A DNA stretch of 64,000 nucleotides from Patescibacteria group bacterium. Its GTDB lineage: Bacteria > Patescibacteriota > Minisyncoccia > Minisyncoccales > PEYH01. Within the stretch, counting starts at the first letter, position 1, and every line of letters starts with the position of its first letter. Both the position numbers and the translations under genes were made by a program. The notes below the pieces were generated by a model. That model ran no database searches, was not told the DNA's origin, and worked only from the letters and a program-made list of their open reading frames with translations. Shown piece by piece: positions 57,213-64,000 of the stretch. The stretch spans positions 9,922 to 73,921 of the forward strand of contig JAHITK010000003.1 of NCBI GenBank assembly GCA_018817645.1, read 5' to 3'.

Positions 57213-57726
57213 TTTTTTGTCCTCGTTTAATAATAAGAATTAATATGTTTGGCAATTTCTTCGGAGGCAATTCGGTTTCTATCGGGATTTGGCTCCCTAA
57301 TATTTCCACGAATTTCTTTATTTGCTCATCAGCGTGCGGGCGCAACGCTTTTTCGCGCCCCCTTAATCGCAACTCCACCTTGATTTTATTCCCCTGTTTC
57401 AAAAATTTGTATGCTTGATTTGCCTTGATTTCTATATCGTGCGGAGAAGTATTGAATTTTATCCTCACTCCCTTGATTCCTCCGCCCTTTTGATGGGATT
57501 GTTTTTTCTCTTTCTTTTTCAATTGATAAAGATATTTTCCATAATCGCCTATCTTGCATATTGGGGGAGAGACCTTGTCTGTAATCTGTATTAAATCTAA
57601 ACCGCGCTCGGAAGACATTTTGAGCGCTTGTTCCAGGGATACTATCCCCACCTGCTTATCGTCTTCGTCAATTAATCTTACCTCTCTTACTTTTATTTGA
57701 TGGTTTAATAACGGTTTGCTCTGAAT
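57166..57726 (-). CDS. infC: Translation initiation factor IF-3; probable AUU start at 57726 (the ORF track shows only the GTG-internal part from 57651)
   Basis: Upstream in-frame extension encodes IQSKPLLNHQIKVREVRLIDEDDKQ, the canonical IF3 N-domain. The first in-frame codon is ATT with no ATG. C-terminal domain IKFNTSPHDIEIK...LRLRGRE. Confidence 0.7.
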   Translation of the reverse strand: MQSKPLLNHQIKVREVRLIDEDDKQVGIVSLEQALKMSSERGLDLIQITDKVSPPICKIGDYGKYLYQLKKKEKKQSHQKGGGIKGVRIKFNTSPHDIEIKANQAYKFLKQGNKIKVELRLRGREKALRPHADEQIKKFVEILGSQIPIETELPPKKLPNILILIIKRGQKNAAEKKKGEDKEVVS

Positions 57727-57755
57727 ACTTTTATAATTACTGATTTTAATTTTAG

Positions 57756-58131
57756 TGGAGATGGCGGGATTCGAACCCGCGTATAGGAAGGCGTTTGAAC
57801 TGTTTCTACAAGCTTGCCTTGATTAGTGTTGTCGGATAGGGGCCTCGAATCAAGGAAAACGGCTCCTATCTTAGGCCTGTTTTAGCAATCCTTCCCGGCC
57901 AATGAAGAACCGCTTATCTCGATAAATTACACCGGTCTTGCTTATCGAGAATCCGCAAAACAGATGGGCGTTGATTATTGCTAATCAAGCGCCGACCATG
58001 GCGTTATGCGTAAGCATAAGCCGGTCTTTGAAATAAGTTGGCACTTATTTGATTCTTGGAAGTTTAACCAGGTTCCAAGAACTGGGCTTGCGCAATTCAT
58101 CAGCTGTTTCCTATCGATGCCTTTCACCCCC
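57756..58131 (-). ncRNA. ssrA: tmRNA (ssrA), CCA not encoded
   Basis: 5' GGGGGUGAAAGGCAUCGAUAGG (tRNA-like 5' half) pairs with 3' CAUCUCC-A including a G3:U70 wobble. T arm GCGGG-UUCGAAU-CCCGC. Length about 376 nt. Adjacent to smpB. Confidence 0.75.
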
Positions 58132-58185
58132 GCCCGCATCGCTACGCGAGCAAGCTCGCTTGCGAAGCGTTGCGGGCGGGCCCGT
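58128..58185. repeat. GC-rich family-A repeat abutting the tmRNA 5' end
   Basis: cccgcccgcatcgctacgcgagcaagctcgcttgcgaagcgttgcgggcgggcccg. Confidence 0.6.
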
Positions 58186-58234
58186 TAATACTTCGTAGCG
58201 ATATGGGCGAGGTTTCTTCTTTATGAAGAACTAT

Positions 58235-58480
58235 TTAAATATTTTGTAATCTCCTTTTAAGATATGCCCTCCCAAATCCTGTTTTCAGAGAAGCTTCGCG
58301 TCTTATAGCATCCTCAAGAATATTACTAGCTTCATAGTACACAATTTTAAGCGGGCGTCTTTTTTGGGTAGCTTCCACCAATCCTTGATTATGTTGTTTT
58401 ATTCTATTTGTAAGATTCTTTGTATGCCCGATATACAACTTACTATCTTTTATACTTTTTAAAATATAAACATAATACAT
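58235..58480 (-). CDS. Standalone GIY-YIG nuclease-domain protein
   Basis: YYVYILKSIKDSKLYIGHTKNLTNRIKQHN fits the GIY-YIG motif. Confidence 0.7.
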   Translation of the reverse strand: MYYVYILKSIKDSKLYIGHTKNLTNRIKQHNQGLVEATQKRRPLKIVYYEASNILEDAIRREASLKTGFGRAYLKRRLQNI

Positions 58481-58929
58481 CAGTTTTCTTTTAGCGCTCT
58501 TCTAATATCTTTGTCTGCGTCTCTTTTTTTAAGGACTTCTCTTTTGTCAATTTTGCTTTTATGTCTGGCAATGGCTATCTCAATCTTTATTTTTCCCTGC
58601 TTAGTATACATTCTCAAAGGCACTAATGTCAAGCCCTGCTGGGCTGATTTTCCGATTAAGTGCTTGATTTCCGATTTGTTTAACAGTAACTTTCTCGTTC
58701 TTCTTTCGTTGTAACTATCAGGAGTGTTGTTTGGCTGATAAGGGGGGACGCTGGCATTAAGGAGATACGGGTCTTCGTCTTTAAAAACCACAAAAGACCC
58801 TTGCAGGTTGGCTCTGCCGAGCTTGATTGATTTTACTTCATAACCATTCAACACAATACCCGCCTCAAATGTTTCTATGGGCAAATAGTCGAAAAAGGCC
58901 TTTTTGTTTTCCGCTAAATTCTTTGCCAT
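58480..58929 (-). CDS. smpB: SsrA-binding protein SmpB
   Basis: KAFFDYLPIETFEAGIVLNGYEVKSIK... Confidence 0.9.
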   Translation of the reverse strand: MAKNLAENKKAFFDYLPIETFEAGIVLNGYEVKSIKLGRANLQGSFVVFKDEDPYLLNASVPPYQPNNTPDSYNERRTRKLLLNKSEIKHLIGKSAQQGLTLVPLRMYTKQGKIKIEIAIARHKSKIDKREVLKKRDADKDIRRALKEN

Positions 58930-59072
58930 TATTTTATAGTATCATAAACCGGCAAAATATTAAGGGGATTGAGTTCCATTTCGGGTTTATTTGAGGTAAA
59001 ATGATAGAATAATGAACAATAATTAAAAGATGACTTAAAAAGGTCGGGAGATAATCGTTAATTATTGATTAC

Positions 59073-59924
59073 TTGCCCGCCTCGGGCGGGTTAATTATTA
59101 AGAGATTTAATATGGAAGACACAAAAAGTTTTTTTCATCACAATCATCCCAAAGGCGCCTTAAAAGCAGTTTTGAGTTTGCTTTTGGTTACCCTGATTGT
59201 CTACATCTCCGTGGGGATTTCCAATCAGATAAAAACAGGCCGATATATTGGTCAGGGTGTGGTTTCCAGGAATACTATCACCGTCAGCGGGACAGGAGAG
59301 ATTTACGCTAAGCCGGATTTGGCGATTACCAGTTTTACCGTGAAAACAGAAGCCAAAGCCGTAGAAGAGGCGATAGCGGATAATACCGAGAAAATGAATG
59401 CTATTGTTGAAGCGATGAAGGGTGCTGGGATTGAAGACAAAGACCTGAAGACAACAGATTTTAATATTTATCCGAGGTATGAATACAGGGCTGATTATTC
59501 CGTTGAATACTGGCCTAAGCCGGAAAAGAGGGTTTTAGTCGGATATGAAGTGAGTCAGTCGCTGGAGGTTAAAATAAGGGATATGGTGAAAATAGGAGAC
59601 ATTATCCAAAAAGCGGTTGATGCCGGAGCCAATCAGGCGGGCGAGCTTCAGTTTACTTTTGATGACCCGGATGGCTTGAAGAATCAGGCGCGGGAAGAGG
59701 CGATTAAGGAAGCCAAAGAAAAAGCGGGATTATTGGCAAAACAGCTGGGCGTGAAATTAACCAAGATTACCAATTTCAGCGAAGGCGGATATTATCCAAC
59801 ACCGATGTATTACGATAGCGCAATGAGCGCTAAGGAAATAGGCGGTAGTGAGAGCATTCCGCAGATAGAGACAGGAGAGAATAAGATTACGGTAAATATC
59901 AGCATTACCTACGAAATTAATTAA
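59073..59924 (+). CDS. SIMPL/DUF541-family secreted protein (likely start ATG 59112)
   Basis: TM anchor, then TITVSGTGEIYAKPDLAITSFTV...VGYEVSQSLEV fits the SIMPL pattern. Confidence 0.6.
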   Translation: MPASGGLIIKRFNMEDTKSFFHHNHPKGALKAVLSLLLVTLIVYISVGISNQIKTGRYIGQGVVSRNTITVSGTGEIYAKPDLAITSFTVKTEAKAVEEAIADNTEKMNAIVEAMKGAGIEDKDLKTTDFNIYPRYEYRADYSVEYWPKPEKRVLVGYEVSQSLEVKIRDMVKIGDIIQKAVDAGANQAGELQFTFDDPDGLKNQAREEAIKEAKEKAGLLAKQLGVKLTKITNFSEGGYYPTPMYYDSAMSAKEIGGSESIPQIETGENKITVNISITYEIN

Positions 59925-59939
59925 AAACGCAAAACCAAG

Positions 59940-60035
59940 ATCTTCAACGAGACCCGGCCTCGTTGATGCCTCAAAACGTTGGAACCCTTGCTAGCATTGA
60001 AGATTTTCACAACGAGACCCGGCCTCGTTGATAAC
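59940..60035. repeat. Two direct copies of the hairpin CAACGAGACCCGGCCTCGTTGA, about 64 nt apart; a third inverted copy at 60607-60633
   Basis: Read directly. 7-8-bp stems. The copies bracket the Gly-rich micro-ORF locus. Confidence 0.6.
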
Positions 60036-60139
60036 ATGGATGGAGTTTTCCACAGGAAAGTGAAAAAATTGGCAAAATGATTTGACAGGGATTAGGGAGG
60101 AGGATTATACTAAAAACAGAATAATTAATCTCAAAAAAT

Positions 60140-60328
60140 ATGAAATATCAAGATGGCGACATTCAAAAAGTTGGTGATTCACAGGGAGTTCTTGGCTCGG
60201 GTGGTTATGGATTTCCTGATGGCGGGTATGGGCCGGATGATGACGGTGGTGGCGGATATTGGGGCGATTCATGTGGGATAAGAGAGGAGTCTGGCAGGGG
60301 TGACGATGGAGAGGGATCTAATCAATAA
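60140..60328 (+). CDS. Gly/Asp-rich small protein (62 aa)
   Basis: GGYGFPDGGYGPDDDGGGGYWGD...GRGDDGEG. No signal peptide. Confidence 0.3.
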   Translation: MKYQDGDIQKVGDSQGVLGSGGYGFPDGGYGPDDDGGGGYWGDSCGIREESGRGDDGEGSNQ

Positions 60329-60347
60329 TAATTAATAATTTAAAATT

Positions 60348-60491
60348 ATGTTTAATAAAGGAGTAACAGGCGGATACAGAGGTGATCAAGCTGTTGGCAG
60401 GGGCGATAATTCGGGCGGATACAGAGGAGACCAAACCGGTGGATATAAAAGGGGAGAATCAGCGCTAGGCAGAGGAGACGACGGGATGTAG
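60348..60491 (+). CDS. Gly-rich micro-protein (47 aa) with four GGY-RGD repeats; hand-called
   Basis: MFNKGVTGGYRGDQAVGRGDNSGGYRGDQTGGYKRGESALGRGDDGM. Followed by a terminator-like hairpin AAAGCGCTTG-TTTC-AAGCGTTTT. Confidence 0.3.
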   Translation: MFNKGVTGGYRGDQAVGRGDNSGGYRGDQTGGYKRGESALGRGDDGM

Positions 60492-60797
60492 ATGTAATTT
60501 CCAATTTTCAATTTTCATTTTTAATCTTTAATCTATATTGGTCGCACCTAATAAGGGGTTATATTCAACAAAGCGCTTGTTTCAAGCGTTTTGTTTTTAA
60601 TCTCCAATTTAGCAACGAGGCCGGGTCTCGTTGCTTGACAGTTGGGACTGGATAATGTCTAATTTCTTACGATTTCCTACGAGCCCCGCCCTTTTCAAGA
60701 GGCGAATCTGCCGAGATCGTTTCTCGGCAAAAGCGTTGGGATTTTGACATTGGGATTTTCAGCGCTGTTTTTGCCTTGATTCGCAATTTAAGATAAG

Positions 60798-61643
60798 ATG
60801 AATAGTATGAAAAATGCTTATGTTATTAATCTAAAAGGCGAAAGGGAGCCATTTTCTTTGGCAAAGGTTCTGAGAAGCGCCCGGCGGGCTGGGGCTTCAA
60901 AGGACTTGGCGCAAAAAGTGGCGCTGGAGATAGAAAAAGGCATTTATCCGGGCTCAAAAACCAGCGAGATTTTTAAGCAAGTCAATCAGCTTCTCAAAAA
61001 GGAGGACGAACGATCAAGTTTGCGGTTCAGTTTGAGAGAAGCCATGAGAAAATTGGGTCCCAGCGGTTTTCCTTTTGAAAAATACATAGGGGATATTTTT
61101 TCCGCTCACGGATACGCGGTCTCGCTAAACCGGAAAATTAAAGGAAAATTCGCCATCCATGAAATTGACTTTCTGGCGAGAAACGAAAAAGTCCTGTATA
61201 TCGGAGAGTGCAAGTATCGCATTTTCCCGGGAGAAAGAGTTGATTTGGCGATATTATTGGCATTCTATGCCAAATTTTTAGACCTCAAAAACGGCAATTA
61301 TTTTAATCTGCCGAAGAATGTTGTTTTAAAGCCGATTATGGTTACCAACGCAAAATTCAGCTCGCAGGCAATCAGGTATGCCAATGGCGTGGGAATCAAA
61401 CTCTTGGGATGGAAACATCCGCCAAACCAAGGGCTGGAATCAATGATTGAGGCGGAACAGCTTTATCCCATCACCATTTTGCCCTCGTTTAAAGGATATT
61501 TAATGGAATCCTGTTCGCAGGCGAAATTAATGCTCGCAAAAGACATCTTAGAGAAGAATCCGCAACAGATTGCCAAAATTATCGGCGTTGAGAAGAACAA
61601 AATTTTGTCTTTAATCAACGAAGCCAGAACACTATTGAGTTAG
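60798..61643 (+). CDS. ATP-cone domain fused to a restriction-endonuclease-like (Mrr-cat-type) domain
   Basis: N-terminal VINLKGEREPFSLAKVLRS...(ATP-cone). Central D..(E)CK-like core (IHEIDFLAR...YIGECKYR). Confidence 0.45.
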   Translation: MNSMKNAYVINLKGEREPFSLAKVLRSARRAGASKDLAQKVALEIEKGIYPGSKTSEIFKQVNQLLKKEDERSSLRFSLREAMRKLGPSGFPFEKYIGDIFSAHGYAVSLNRKIKGKFAIHEIDFLARNEKVLYIGECKYRIFPGERVDLAILLAFYAKFLDLKNGNYFNLPKNVVLKPIMVTNAKFSSQAIRYANGVGIKLLGWKHPPNQGLESMIEAEQLYPITILPSFKGYLMESCSQAKLMLAKDILEKNPQQIAKIIGVEKNKILSLINEARTLLS

Positions 61644-61680
61644 CCCGGAAAAGAATTAAAAGACCGCTTTCGCGCGGTTT

Positions 61681-63441
61681 TTGGTTTTACAAAACCATAT
61701 TTTAAGGTTAAACTGGAGGAATATGGATAAAGAGGAATTAGCAGGCCTTGTCAAAAAGGCGGTTTTAATAGCTCAAAAAGAAGGCAAACTTCCTGATTTT
61801 AGTATCCCGGAAATTCCGCTAAATTATTCTGAAAAAGAGGAGTACGGGGATTATAACACCCCGATAGCATTTTCTATTGCCAAACAAATTAACCAGACCC
61901 CGGAGTCAGTGGCAAAAATTCTGGCCGATTATTTAGCCCAAGAGGAAGGGACAAAATCCGCGGAGGCCAAAGGCGGTTTTGTGAATTTTTATCTTTCAGA
62001 CAAACAGCTGATTAATTCCTTGAGAATTATTTTAAAACAGAAAAACAAATACGGCTCCAGCCAGAAAGGCAAAGGCAAGGTAATGGTGATAGATTATTCT
62101 GCTCCCAATATCGCCAAGCCCTTCGGAGTCGGCCATCTTCGCTCTACGATTATCGGCCAGGCGATATATAATTTGTATGAATTTCTGGGCTGGAAATGTA
62201 TCGGCGACAATCATTTAGGTGATTGGGGCACGCAATTCGGAAAACTTATTACCGCCATCAAAAGATGGAATAAAAAACCCTTGGAGGAATTGTCTGTTTC
62301 AGACCTGCAGGCGTTATATGTCCAATTCCATCATGCGGCAGAGACCCAGGCGGAATTATTAGAAGAATCAAGAGAGTGGTTTAAAAAATTGGAACAAAGA
62401 AACAAAGAAGCCAGACAAATCTGGAAGATATGCGTGGACATAAGCATCAAAGAGTTTAATAAGGTTTATAATATCCTGGGGGTAAAAATAGACAAAGCAT
62501 TGGGAGAAAGTTTTTATGAAGGCAAAATGGAAGCGGTGATAGAGAACGCCAAAAAAAAAGGCATAGCCCAAGAAAGTCAGGGCGCATTAGTGATTATACT
62601 GCCCGGCCTAAATGTTCCTTTGATGCTTTTAAAATCAGACGGAGCCACTACTTATGAGACAAGGGATTTGGCGACCATTGAGTACCGGATGAAGAAATGG
62701 AAGCCGGACTTGATTATCTACGAAGTCGGAGCTGACCAACAGCTTCATTTTGAAAAAGTGTTCAAGGCCGCAGAAATGCTCGGGTATAAAAAGGAAGTTG
62801 AGTTTAAGCATATTGCTCATGGCTTGATTCGCTGGGAAGATAGAAAGTTTTCCACCCGAAAAGGAGATACGATTGCCTTGGAAGAAGTTTTGGATGAAGC
62901 AGTTAAAAGAGCCAAAGACATTATTTTGAAATCAAAAGAAAACCAGGATATCAGCGCTGAACAGAAAGAACAGATTGCCAAACAAGTCGGGATCGGGGCG
63001 GTGAAATATAATGATTTGTCTCGCCAGCCGGAAAGAGATGTCATATTTGATTTGGACAGAATGGTAACGCTTGAAGGCAACTCCTGCCCCTATCTTCAAT
63101 ATACGGCTGTCCGTTGCCAAAGCGTTTTAGACAGAGCGGGAAAGATAAAAAGAGAGATAAAAGACATTGAACTAAACTTTGAAGAAAAATCCGTTGTTCG
63201 GCTTTTGAAAAAATTTCCAGAAATCGCAGCCGAGGCAGCGGAAACTTTTTCCCCGAATTTAATTTGCAATTTCGCTTTTGAGTTAGGGCAGAAGTATAAT
63301 ATCTTTTATGAAAAATGCCAGATTTTGAACGCTGACAGCGAGCCGGAAAAAGAACTCCGCTTGGCCATCACCGCTGCGACGAGGCAGGTTTTGGGAAACA
63401 GCTTAAAATTATTGGGAATAGCTATTCCTGAAAGAATGTAA
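61681..63441 (+). CDS. argS: Arginine--tRNA ligase (probable true start ATG 61723)
   Basis: HIGH-region APNIAKPFGVGHLRSTIIG. Anticodon-binding C-terminal domain ending ERM. Confidence 0.9.
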   Translation: MVLQNHILRLNWRNMDKEELAGLVKKAVLIAQKEGKLPDFSIPEIPLNYSEKEEYGDYNTPIAFSIAKQINQTPESVAKILADYLAQEEGTKSAEAKGGFVNFYLSDKQLINSLRIILKQKNKYGSSQKGKGKVMVIDYSAPNIAKPFGVGHLRSTIIGQAIYNLYEFLGWKCIGDNHLGDWGTQFGKLITAIKRWNKKPLEELSVSDLQALYVQFHHAAETQAELLEESREWFKKLEQRNKEARQIWKICVDISIKEFNKVYNILGVKIDKALGESFYEGKMEAVIENAKKKGIAQESQGALVIILPGLNVPLMLLKSDGATTYETRDLATIEYRMKKWKPDLIIYEVGADQQLHFEKVFKAAEMLGYKKEVEFKHIAHGLIRWEDRKFSTRKGDTIALEEVLDEAVKRAKDIILKSKENQDISAEQKEQIAKQVGIGAVKYNDLSRQPERDVIFDLDRMVTLEGNSCPYLQYTAVRCQSVLDRAGKIKREIKDIELNFEEKSVVRLLKKFPEIAAEAAETFSPNLICNFAFELGQKYNIFYEKCQILNADSEPEKELRLAITAATRQVLGNSLKLLGIAIPERM

Positions 63442-63444
63442 TAT

Positions 63445-64000
63445 ATGGAGATAATTTTCCCCAAAATCGAAGAAAAAATAATAAAGTTTTGGAAAGAAAA
63501 TCGCATTTTTGAAAAATCCTTGGAGAAAAAAGGCGGGGATTTTGTTTTTTATGAAGGGCCCCCGACGGCCAACGGAAGACCGGGCGTCCATCATGTTTTA
63601 GCCAGGGCATTTAAAGACATAATCTGCCGCTACCAGACAATGAAAGGAAAAAGGGTTTTAAGAAAAGCGGGCTGGGATGTCCACGGGCTTCCGGTTGAGC
63701 TGGAAGTGGAAAAACAGCTTGGATTGCAGGACAAGAAGGGCATAGAGGAATACGGAGTGGCGCAATTTAACGAAGAATGCAAAAAATCCGTCTGGAAATA
63801 TGCCGGCGAGTGGGAGAATCTTACCGAAAGAATCGGTTATTGGCTGGACCTGGAAAATCCCTACATCACTTCCGACTCTGATTATATGGAAAGCGTTTTC
63901 CAGATAATCAAAAGGGTCTGGGAGAAAGGGCTGCTGTATCAGGGATACAAGGTTCTGCCCTATTGCCCGCGCTGCGGGACCGGGCTTTCATCCCATGAAG
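63445..64000 (+). CDS. ileS: Isoleucine--tRNA ligase, 5' partial (runs off the window)
   Basis: Hand-translated: MEIIFPKIEEKIIKFWKENRIF...FYEGPPTANGRPGVHHVLARAFKDIICRYQTMKG...GWDVHGLPVE. Confidence 0.8.
   Translation, partial: MEIIFPKIEEKIIKFWKENRIFEKSLEKKGGDFVFYEGPPTANGRPGVHHVLARAFKDIICRYQTMKGKRVLRKAGWDVHGLPVELEVEKQLGLQDKKGIEEYGVAQFNEECKKSVWKYAGEWENLTERIGYWLDLENPYITSDSDYMESVFQIIKRVWEKGLLYQGYKVLPYCPRCGTGLSSHE

Noticed and set aside
57756-58131. Considered RNase P RNA or an SRP/6S RNA for this structured minus-strand region.
   Set aside because: The 5' and 3' ends form a 7-bp acceptor with G3:U70 plus a canonical T arm. The 5' GGCAUCGAUAGG mimics the tmRNA D-loop analog. smpB is adjacent. 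tmRNA fits best.
59940-60633. Considered a CRISPR array because of repeated palindromic 22-mers.
   Set aside because: Only three copies, one inverted, with irregular spacing (64 nt and about 575 nt) and no cas genes. This fits hairpin/REP-like repeats better.
1-64000. Searched for rRNA genes, prophage blocks (capsid/terminase/integrase) and transposase ORFs.
   Set aside because: No rRNA-like conserved stretches and no integrase/transposase/terminase-like ORFs recognised. Mobile DNA here seems limited to the intein and the small repeat families.

Overview
This window reads as a low-GC, streamlined chromosome segment whose overall gene content resembles Candidate Phyla Radiation/Patescibacteria (my inference from the items below). 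Supporting observations: standalone 5'-3' exonuclease and PolX, RtcB, a bacterial Elp3 homolog, an LTD protein, many AbiE toxin-antitoxin genes, and a tRNA with no encoded CCA. The replication-origin neighbourhood is present: jag-yidC-rnpA-rpmH on the minus strand (18.2-19.9 kb) faces dnaA-dnaN-DUF721 on the plus strand (20.3-23.3 kb). Housekeeping genes recognised include comM/yifB, ksgA, class-A PBP, ruvC-yebC, ruvB, ruvA, a PilB-type ATPase, tsaE, a two-component system, holA, rpsT, murE, rtcB, greA, rplT-rpmI-infC, smpB plus tmRNA, argS and the start of ileS. The most interesting block is 4.3-18.2 kb, a type-IV-secretion-like cluster. It holds a VirB6/TrbL-like polytopic protein, small membrane proteins, and a split VirB4-like ATPase whose P-loop is interrupted by a roughly 661-aa intein carrying a LAGLIDADG homing endonuclease. 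Two large paralogous secreted proteins with a shared pilin-like N-terminal module follow. A conspicuously GC-rich SPFH gene sits inside the cluster on the opposite strand. Other notable items: tandem truncated copies of the comM 5' end, each preceded by a TTATCCACA motif. A dispersed GC-rich palindromic element is inserted in-frame into tsaE and murE and also sits next to rpsT and tmRNA. An AT-rich CAAAATCCAAA inverted-repeat family is present (one copy apparently inside ksgA). An intact tRNA-Arg(CCG) is nested between the two halves of a second tRNA-Arg(CCG)-like gene, just upstream of a complete AbiEi/AbiEii module with an operator-like palindrome. A locus of Gly-rich RGD-repeat micro-ORFs is bracketed by hairpin repeats. 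No rRNA, CRISPR array or obvious prophage is present.
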